Positions 9,062 to 15,399 of a DNA stretch of 64,000 nucleotides are shown one piece after another. A program made the position numbers and the translations under genes. Below the pieces are notes generated by a model. It was not told the origin of the DNA and did no database searches. It worked only from the letters and a program-made list of their open reading frames with translations. The DNA comes from an uncultured virus (IMG/VR IMGVR_UViG_3300009152_000001). Taxonomy: Duplodnaviria; Heunggongvirae; Uroviricota; Caudoviricetes. The DNA lies in IMG/VR virus record IMGVR_UViG_3300009152_000001; one strand, 5' to 3'. The first letter of the stretch is position 1; each line of letters opens with the position of its first letter.

Positions 9062-9178
9062 GCTTTCTCCTTTCCTAAGACCCACTTGACGTGGGTTTCG
9101 TAATGGTTCCGTAAAGTTTACCAGTCGTGCCTCCAAGGCACAACCAACTCCTGTCAAAGAGTTGGTTGTGCCTGAAGA

Positions 9179-9580
9179 TCACAGGTACCTGCTGATGTTC
9201 TTCAGCATCGACACGTTGATACGGTCGTCGGTGGTCATCTCCAACAGTCGGAGAATGCCTTCGATCTCTGAGATGTCGAAGCGAGTCGGGACGCTGCAAT
9301 CAATCTGAGGGCGCTCCCCCTTGTACTTCTCAGGGAACTCCAACGTGATGACTGCATTCCATTTTTGGGCGTAGTAATCCTCACGGACATGGATGTCTAC
9401 CTGTTCGTTCTTGAACTTGCCGGTCAGCACGTCCTTCTTGAACTGTTCGATGTTCTTCTTGCGGGCCTTCTCGTGCGCATCCATCTCCTTGTCGTACGCA
9501 TCCCAGACGACCTTGGCCTCTGCGACCTTGGTGCGAAGAGTGTTGATGAGGGTGGTGCGGTCTACACGGACAGTAGCCAT
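9179..9580 (-). CDS. Hypothetical protein
   Basis: Strong AGGAG RBS; GC3-rich codons. Confidence 0.7.
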   Translation of the reverse strand: MATVRVDRTTLINTLRTKVAEAKVVWDAYDKEMDAHEKARKKNIEQFKKDVLTGKFKNEQVDIHVREDYYAQKWNAVITLEFPEKYKGERPQIDCSVPTRFDISEIEGILRLLEMTTDDRINVSMLKNISRYL

Positions 9581-9590
9581 TGTGGTTCTC

Positions 9591-9905
9591 CTACTTGTTG
9601 TTGTTGTTGTCGTTGGACTTGTTATAGTTACGAAGTCGGCACGCTTGATGCAGTGCGTTGTTCTTCATTGTCTTGTCATACCACTCTGTAACAGTTACAG
9701 TGTCCCAGAGCACTGCATTGTCAAGGCTTATGATTGCTGGTTCTGGGAAGTCAGGACGAACTACCCACGCTGCTGCTGTTACTTGCTTCACTCCGAAGAG
9801 CATGGCAAGTCCAGTTTGGGTGAGCAGGTTCATCCCATTTGGATTTTCATGATTGGGGTACATGGCCCAATAGTTGCGTCGTACTGCCATCACTTCACCA
9901 TCCAC
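9591..9905 (-). CDS. AlpA/excisionase-like winged-helix DNA-binding protein
   Basis: LLTQTGLAMLFGVKQVTAAAWVVRPDFPEP...LWDTVTVTEW pattern; start uncertain. Confidence 0.65.
   Translation of the reverse strand: MDGEVMAVRRNYWAMYPNHENPNGMNLLTQTGLAMLFGVKQVTAAAWVVRPDFPEPAIISLDNAVLWDTVTVTEWYDKTMKNNALHQACRLRNYNKSNDNNNNK
9687..9699. promoter_or_regulatory. Palindromic site TGTAACNGTTACA (perfect)
   Basis: CTGTAACAGTTACAG inside the AlpA-like gene. Confidence 0.7.
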
Positions 9906-9965
9906 ATGACTGGGATGAACACGATAAGGCTGATAAGAGCCGCGATAGCAGCACGGCGCAGTTCG

Positions 9966-10163
9966 TCAGGCATTCTCCACCCCCTCTGTTTCCAGCATGG
10001 CGCTGGCTTCGGACGCCAGACGACGGAAGAACAGCGCCCGCTGAAGAGCGTCCTCAAACAGCAACGTAACGCTTGTCCCATTGTCCCGCAATACTGTATG
10101 CGCGTACGGGGCCTCCGAATGGTAATCGAACTGCGGGTTGCTGACGATGATGTTTATGTTCAC
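9966..10163 (-). CDS. Hypothetical protein
   Basis: GGAG RBS; GTGA overlap. Confidence 0.55.
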   Translation of the reverse strand: MNINIIVSNPQFDYHSEAPYAHTVLRDNGTSVTLLFEDALQRALFFRRLASEASAMLETEGVENA

Positions 10164-10351
10164 TGGTTGCTCCAGTCCTTATTGCGGAAGTGTTTGCTTG
10201 CTTGGATTATGATTCGGTCACCGGCCCTAACACCGGGAAACCCGTCGGGCCACATCTCTGGGCGGCAGTGCGGACACGGCACAAGGTCCGTGTCGTCACG
10301 TACCGGCACCTCAATGGTGCCCTCGTCTCGGCATGTCATGCAACTAGTCAC
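10160..10351 (-). CDS. Small zinc-finger hypothetical protein
   Basis: CMTC...CPHC; GTG start after AAGGAG. Confidence 0.5.
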   Translation of the reverse strand: MTSCMTCRDEGTIEVPVRDDTDLVPCPHCRPEMWPDGFPGVRAGDRIIIQASKHFRNKDWSNQ

Positions 10352-10475
10352 GGCCACACTCCTTGTGGTAGTGACTCTCGTCACCCGTTGGCGAGACTTT
10401 CACCCACGGGCCTGAGTTCGGGTCGATGTGCTGGCCGCATTTGCGGCATTTACGCTTATTCCAATGAGTCTTCAT
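10344..10475 (-). CDS. Small zinc-finger hypothetical protein (43 aa)
   Basis: CRKC...HKEC; AAGGAG RBS. Confidence 0.55.
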   Translation of the reverse strand: MKTHWNKRKCRKCGQHIDPNSGPWVKVSPTGDESHYHKECGRD

Positions 10476-10484
10476 ATCTCTCCT

Positions 10485-10497
10485 TGTAACGGTTACA
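10485..10497. promoter_or_regulatory. Palindromic site TGTAACNGTTACA (perfect)
   Basis: TTGTAACGGTTACAA spanning the kinase stop and the next RBS. Confidence 0.75.
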
Positions 10498-10867
10498 ATT
10501 CCCAGCGGTCTTTCATCCGCTGGATGGTTTCTTTCGGCACGTTGTGGACGTTCTGCCACAACGGGTCACCCTCGCAGGTGATGACCTGATACGTTACGCC
10601 CTCGTCTTCCGCAAGGGCAACGTACTTGGCAAACTCCCAGCGCTGGGAGAATGTGTTGGACACGGCCACGGTTAGGCCGATGCGGAGTCCACGTGCCACC
10701 GCGATGTAGCACTTGTCGTGGCACTCGCGCAGGCGAGTGGGGTCGAACTTGTAATCTCCCTGCTCATCGACCATGTACTGGTCGGCCTCACACACAAGTT
10801 GTGCCAACTTGTGTGCCAGTATGGTCTTACCCGAACCGGGCAGACCCCTTACGATGTACAACATCAT
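10493..10867 (-). CDS. P-loop kinase (AAA_33 / polynucleotide kinase-like)
   Basis: IVRGLPGSGKT, EADQY, VSNTF, NVHNVPKETIQRMKDRWE. Confidence 0.85.
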   Translation of the reverse strand: MMLYIVRGLPGSGKTILAHKLAQLVCEADQYMVDEQGDYKFDPTRLRECHDKCYIAVARGLRIGLTVAVSNTFSQRWEFAKYVALAEDEGVTYQVITCEGDPLWQNVHNVPKETIQRMKDRWEL

Positions 10868-10939
10868 TCTTTCCCCTTTTCCCTTTTGTATCGAAGAATG
10901 GCTGAACTATACCTATTTCGGTATAGTTGCGCGTTGTCG

Positions 10940-11641
10940 TCAGCCACGGTCGGCCTGCTTGTCATCAGGATGAACAGGGCCGATCACCTTGCTCCACGGT
11001 TGTGTCAGTAGGTCGTAGTGCTGTTGGGTGAATCCGCGCTGGCCGATTAGGTCACGAATGACAAGTCCCCGAGCGGCGGCCCGAACGGCGTCCTGAGCGT
11101 TGTACCAACCGTCGTACCAATCGTCGTACTGAGCGTCGTACTGAGCGTGGTCCTGAGCGGCGCCACAAGCGGCGGCCCAAGCGGTGTACCAAGCGTTGTA
11201 CCGAGCGGCGCGCCGAGCGATGTACTGAGAGGCGTCCTGAGCGTCGTCCTGAGCGTCGTCCTGAGCGGTGGCCCGAGCGGCCGATAACCGCTTTAGTTCG
11301 TCGGTTGTCAGCACTGCGGCACGGCGCACCAACGCAACAATCTGCTCCCACTGTGGGCCGAACGTGTCGGCAAGATCAGCGTCTGTCACTTCAAGGCCTG
11401 ACACGATCAAGCGACGCACCTGTGCCCAATCAGTGTTGTTGTTGTCGTTCCAGTTGGTGCCCCAACCTTGCAGTCGTGCCACTTGTTCAATGAGGTAGGC
11501 GTCACCCCGTTGCGGCTGGCAACGACGAATCGCACCGTGCAGGCACATGGCGGTGTCGTCACCCCACTTGCCTTGAACCCAGTGTTCGCCGTTCTCGCCC
11601 AGCAAGTTGAGCAGTTTGGTTGTGTCGATTTTGATGTGCAT
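10940..11641 (-). CDS. Hypothetical protein with tetrapeptide (A-Q/W/R-D/Y-x) repeat tract
   Basis: MCLHGAIRRC N-domain; 12-nt tandem units at ~11070-11285. Confidence 0.75.
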   Translation of the reverse strand: MHIKIDTTKLLNLLGENGEHWVQGKWGDDTAMCLHGAIRRCQPQRGDAYLIEQVARLQGWGTNWNDNNNTDWAQVRRLIVSGLEVTDADLADTFGPQWEQIVALVRRAAVLTTDELKRLSAARATAQDDAQDDAQDASQYIARRAARYNAWYTAWAAACGAAQDHAQYDAQYDDWYDGWYNAQDAVRAAARGLVIRDLIGQRGFTQQHYDLLTQPWSKVIGPVHPDDKQADRG

Positions 11642-11663
11642 CGTGTTTCCTTTGTTTAGATCG

Positions 11664-11888
11664 TCAGCCACGGCAGGCCTCCTCCCATGCGGTGAGCACT
11701 TTGTCATGGGAAACGCGTTCCTGCTGGATGCTCGTTGCGTTGACCGTTACCCATGCGTGCAGTTGGTTGCCAGCGTCACGCAGGCGCACGATCTCGTCAG
11801 CGGCGGTGGCAGCGAGGTCGGTCACGTCGCTGCCTTCTTCGGCCAGCCATGCCACATGGCGCAGTCGGGTCACGATGTCGTCAGTCAC
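11664..11888 (-). CDS. Small 'DDIVTRLR'-type phage protein
   Basis: GTG start after AAGGAGG; TDDIVTRLR...AADEIVRLR. Confidence 0.65.
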   Translation of the reverse strand: MTDDIVTRLRHVAWLAEEGSDVTDLAATAADEIVRLRDAGNQLHAWVTVNATSIQQERVSHDKVLTAWEEACRG

Positions 11889-12120
11889 GGTCGGCCTCCT
11901 TTTTCCTTTTGTATCGAAGAATGGCTGACAGACGCTCGGCGCCATGTTGAGAGTAGAGGTGTTGCTGCTCATTCATCTGCCTGAACAGCAACTCACGGAA
12001 CTCGGGGTCGCTTTCCATCATCTCTGCGCCCAAGTCTTCGGGCACGTAGTCACGGCGTGGAAAGTCCACGCCGTACTTCTCCTCGCTAATGGCATAGCGA
12101 GGCATCCTGTAATACTTCAT
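11881..12120 (-). CDS. Hypothetical protein
   Basis: MKYYRMPRY...; GGAGG RBS. Confidence 0.55.
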   Translation of the reverse strand: MKYYRMPRYAISEEKYGVDFPRRDYVPEDLGAEMMESDPEFRELLFRQMNEQQHLYSQHGAERLSAILRYKRKKEADRD

Positions 12121-12130
12121 TGCCCTCCCT

Positions 12131-12466
12131 TCATCCATGCGCCACCTCCATGTCGTAATCGAAGGTGATGATGGCCGGTGCTTCCACACCGGAGAGGCAC
12201 TTGTGCACCGTTGTCATGTAACGACGACACTCGGTTGCACCGGGCATGCGGAAGAAATCGGCCCGCTCGTAGACCGGCAGGGTGTCGTTGCCGTCCCAGT
12301 AGCGGGCACCCTTGCAGAACTGCACGAAGCAGTCGAACGACGCCTTGGGGAGGCGCTCAGCCTCGGGGGTGCACACGACGTGCGCCCACGGGAGGTCGAT
12401 TGCTTCCTCTTCGGGACGGTCGCCCCGAAGAAAGTCGATGACCTTGTGGTCGTAGGTGGTTCCCAT
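12131..12466 (-). CDS. Hypothetical protein
   Basis: MGTTYDHK... after GAAAGGGG RBS. Confidence 0.65.
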   Translation of the reverse strand: MGTTYDHKVIDFLRGDRPEEEAIDLPWAHVVCTPEAERLPKASFDCFVQFCKGARYWDGNDTLPVYERADFFRMPGATECRRYMTTVHKCLSGVEAPAIITFDYDMEVAHG

Positions 12467-12579
12467 GATGCCCCTTTCAGGGTTAGTGATGGTTACAGCG
12501 GCGCGGGATTGCGCCCTTGTCATGTCCTGTGACGGACACGGCCAACGCCCCACAATAAAGTGGGGCGTGGGCGTGAGAG

Positions 12580-13008
12580 TCACAGAAGTCGTGTCCACCC
12601 AGTTTCGGCGCACACGTAGTGCTCGTCGGCGTCGGGGAAGATGAGATGGTCGTCCACCGACATGGACTTCTTCATCCAGAAGAGGTTCCTAGTTGTGTCC
12701 CTCGGCTCCATGCCGTTGAACACGCCGAAGACGTAGTTGGGGTCACGTTCCCCGTCCATCCACGGGAGGTCCACCAGCCCGGAGTACCAGACGTAATGGT
12801 TGGCGGCGTTCAGGTACACCACCCTCTCCGCACGCCAATCCTGACGGATGATTTGGAGGCCCAGCCCGTCGTGGACCACCCGCACCAGTCCGTGCGTGGA
12901 GAAGTACAAGCAGTCCTTGCTTGCGCCCTCCTTGATTGCTTCCAGCGAGGCCCGCCAGAAACTCTGCCACTCGCTGTGGGTGAGTCCCACAACCTTTATG
13001 GTGCGCAT
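12580..13008 (-). CDS. Hypothetical protein
   Basis: MRTIKVVG... after GAAAGGAG RBS. Confidence 0.65.
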   Translation of the reverse strand: MRTIKVVGLTHSEWQSFWRASLEAIKEGASKDCLYFSTHGLVRVVHDGLGLQIIRQDWRAERVVYLNAANHYVWYSGLVDLPWMDGERDPNYVFGVFNGMEPRDTTRNLFWMKKSMSVDDHLIFPDADEHYVCAETGWTRLL

Positions 13009-13129
13009 GATGCGCTCCTTTCTGCCCATAAGGGCTGACGTAATGCTTACACGGTATAAGCACTAGAACTAGACGGGACGCCGGTTGCGACGCCCAGTTG
13101 TCCTGTGAGAGTCACAGGCTCGTCGGCTC

Positions 13130-13429
13130 TCACTTCTTGTCGCGAGGCTTGCGACAGCGGCGGTGGTGACCGCGGTGGTGGCCGTACTCGGTGAGAGGGC
13201 CGTTGCCCGACCAGAGGTCGGTGTTGTTGAGGGCGTACAGGTTGCGCATACGCCCGCTGGCCACCTCGTTACCGCCCACCACGCTGGGGGTGGGACTGTC
13301 GGGGAGATCACTCTCTCCCCAGACGATGGGGACGATGGCCATCATGGCATCGGCCACGATGTCCACCACCCCATCGGAGTGAATGAGGGCACCGTCGATG
13401 ACGATGCACTCCTTGCCGTTGAAGAGCAT
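13130..13429 (-). CDS. Hypothetical protein
   Basis: MLFNGKEC... after GAAAGGGGAG RBS. Confidence 0.6.
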   Translation of the reverse strand: MLFNGKECIVIDGALIHSDGVVDIVADAMMAIVPIVWGESDLPDSPTPSVVGGNEVASGRMRNLYALNNTDLWSGNGPLTEYGHHRGHHRRCRKPRDKK

Positions 13430-13503
13430 GATGCTCCCCTTTCTGCCCTTATGGGCTGTTGGACACGGCACCGGCTGCTGCGGTGCGTTGTCGTGTGCTG
13501 CGT

Positions 13504-13516
13504 TGTAACGGTTACA
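13504..13516. promoter_or_regulatory. Palindromic site TGTAACNGTTACA (perfect; extends to 19 bp)
   Basis: CGTTGTAACGGTTACAACG at 13501-13519, intergenic. Confidence 0.8.
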
Positions 13517-13636
13517 ACGTGGGGTTGCCCAAACCGGCCCAAACCACAGACCTACCTCTCCCCTCTCTATAGGGAACACATAAGAGGAGGACATAGGAGG
13601 AGGTACTCCCATGTCCTAGGGGGTCACAGCCGCTTG

Positions 13637-13714
13637 TATTGCTATCGCAGCGTGCATCCTCAGCGATATTGCTATCGCCATGTCTGGCACTATTGCTATC
13701 GCCATGTCTGGCAC
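13637..13714. repeat. Tandem direct repeat: 2 x 24 bp plus a 12-bp partial copy
   Basis: TATTGCTATCGCCATGTCTGGCAC at 13667 and 13691; TATTGCTATCGC at 13637. Confidence 0.9.
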
Positions 13715-13746
13715 TAGCGGTTGCCTAGGGCTAGGGCGCAGACTTG

Positions 13747-13840
13747 TGTGACATATGTCACATAGGCCCACGCCTAGGCAGCGGTGTGACAAATGCCACA
13801 CGAGTAGCGGGGGGGCACTACCCGTGTGACATTTGTCACA
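13747..13840. promoter_or_regulatory. Three CRP/GlxR-like TGTGA-N6-TCACA palindromes
   Basis: TGTGACATATGTCACA 13747, TGTGACAAATGCCACA 13785, TGTGACATTTGTCACA 13825. Confidence 0.7.
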
Positions 13841-13860
13841 CCGCCCCCTAAGGGGCGGTG
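13839..13860 (-). terminator. GC-rich hairpin downstream of 13898..14554
   Basis: CACCGCCCC-CTAA-GGGGCGGTG; no clear U-tract. Confidence 0.45.
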
Positions 13861-13897
13861 CAACCCGTCATGCCGTGACGGTCGGTACTGTCATTCG

Positions 13898-14554
13898 TCA
13901 GACCATGACTTCGGTGGTGACCGCCGCCGCAGCGACGGCGGCCTCAGCCGCAGCCGTCATCGCTGCGAGCAACCGCTCCACCTGAGCCTTGACGTTCATC
14001 AAGGCGACAGCCGCCTCAGCGGTAGTCGGCATCTCGCTGATGCCGGTCAGGATGGTGCCGCAGCGCAGCACCGCCGCCACCGGCGACTCCTTGACCTCTT
14101 CGGGCTTCGGCACCGGCTTCTTGCGAGGGGCCGAGTCCTTGAGAGCCGCCTGATACCACTTGTAGGCGTCGCCACGAGTGGTGCCCTCCTTGGCTTCGGC
14201 CACCTTGTTCCGCACGGTGCGGAGGAGGTTGCCACCGTTCTCACGGTTGGTCAACTTCTTCGCAATGGCGAACAAGTCCGACGGACGGATTCCGGACGAC
14301 GTGTCCGGAATCAGCGCCGACGCTTCCAAGGCGGCGACATGGTACGGCACGGAGTTCGTGCTGATACCCAGCCGGGCCGCCGTCATCTCCACGGAACCCG
14401 TGGTGAGATTCAGGACGCCCATCTTGAGAGCCACCTCAAGACGCTCGTCGTAGGTGAACGTGGCATCCTCGGATGCCTTACCGGCGAGGAGGAGATCCTC
14501 CAACGCCTTTAGCGCCTGTTCCTCAGTGGGAACAGACATGTTGGTGGTTTCCAT
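13898..14554 (-). CDS. Putative winged-helix DNA-binding protein; first gene of the leftward arm
   Basis: SVEMTAARLGISTNSVPYHVAALEASALI resembles an ArsR/wHTH helix pair; AGGAGG RBS; GG-TATAAT on minus strand at 14642-14649. Confidence 0.6.
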   Translation of the reverse strand: METTNMSVPTEEQALKALEDLLLAGKASEDATFTYDERLEVALKMGVLNLTTGSVEMTAARLGISTNSVPYHVAALEASALIPDTSSGIRPSDLFAIAKKLTNRENGGNLLRTVRNKVAEAKEGTTRGDAYKWYQAALKDSAPRKKPVPKPEEVKESPVAAVLRCGTILTGISEMPTTAEAAVALMNVKAQVERLLAAMTAAAEAAVAAAAVTTEVMV

Positions 14555-14860
14555 GTTGGTACCGCCTCCTAAGCGGTGCCGCCACCGTGCGTTGTGTAGT
14601 CAGCGGCACCACCATAGTGCCGCTGTCACGATGACCCCATCATTATACCGGCCGGTGGGCGCGGGCCGCCCTAGGACCCGCACCCCAAGGAGTGTCTAAC
14701 TGCCCAATAGCCCTATTCTGCAATAAGAAACCGGTTAAGAGACTATAAAACTGAACATTCGTACTGTTTCATAGCCCCATTCTGTTATCACTTGCTATCC
14801 CATAAGAGGCTATGTACTTTGTACACAAGGCCCGCCCTACACTACCATTTCCGCAGACGA

Positions 14861-14891
14861 TTGTGCGATAATGGATACGTTAAGGAGGAAG
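14861..14891 (+). promoter_or_regulatory. 31-bp promoter/RBS unit, copy 1
   Basis: TTGTGCGATAATGGATACGTTAAGGAGGAAG; 28/31 identical to 15357..15387. Confidence 0.7.
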
Positions 14892-14893
14892 AA

Positions 14894-15322
14894 ATGCAAA
14901 TCCAAGATGCAATTGCCAGCCGCGGTGGAATATCAAAAATAAGCGGTGCAGCGAACGTACCTGCGCATATGAACCCCGTGCAGTGGGCCAATGCTCTCCG
15001 GGCTTCTGGTGTCCCTAGCGCCACTGCTTCGGCCGCTATCTCGGGTTCAGACGAAGCGAAGTTTGCTCGTCAGGTGGGTCGTTACAACAGGTTCAAGGCT
15101 ATGGACACGTTTGGCGAGATGGGCCGTTACGGGGATAAAGAGGGTGTACTCACGCAGTCAGGCCGTCTGATGAAGTTGGACCCCGCTAGTAGTCATGACA
15201 TGTACGACCGAGTACTCCACGATCCGGACACCGCACACATCGGTCTTTCTGATGAGGGGGCAGAGTTTCACGGTGGCCAGCCTTGGCGGTACCGTGAAGA
15301 GTCGTACAAGTACGACTTCTAA
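14894..15322 (+). CDS. Hypothetical protein
   Basis: ATG 14894 after AAGGAGG. Confidence 0.7.
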   Translation: MQIQDAIASRGGISKISGAANVPAHMNPVQWANALRASGVPSATASAAISGSDEAKFARQVGRYNRFKAMDTFGEMGRYGDKEGVLTQSGRLMKLDPASSHDMYDRVLHDPDTAHIGLSDEGAEFHGGQPWRYREESYKYDF

Positions 15323-15356
15323 TCGTTGTTTACTCTGAAAATGGGTGACCACAATT

Positions 15357-15387
15357 TTGTGCGATAATTGACACGTTAAGGGGGAAG
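15357..15387 (+). promoter_or_regulatory. 31-bp promoter/RBS unit, copy 2
   Basis: TTGTGCGATAATTGACACGTTAAGGGGGAAG upstream of 15400. Confidence 0.7.
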
Positions 15388-15399
15388 GTTGGTGTTTGT

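Noticed and set aside
9595..9615. (TTG)n tract
   Set aside because: A short poly-Asn tail that doubles as an A/C-rich leader for the next gene; no sign of switching.
1081..13516. Palindrome as parS, matS or cre
   Set aside because: It does not match parS (TGTTTCACGTGAAACA), matS (GTGAC-N3-GTCAC) or the 14-bp cre spacing; no ParB/MatP gene is in the window.
13637..13841. CRISPR mini-array
   Set aside because: The 24-bp repeats are directly tandem with no spacer; the three 16-bp palindromes are too short and variable; no cas genes are present.
91..14512. Long plus-strand ORFs in the left arm (e.g. 91..816, 1601..2371, 9393..10415, 13826..14512)
   Set aside because: They are antisense shadows of well-supported minus-strand genes in GC-rich DNA, with no RBS or motifs.
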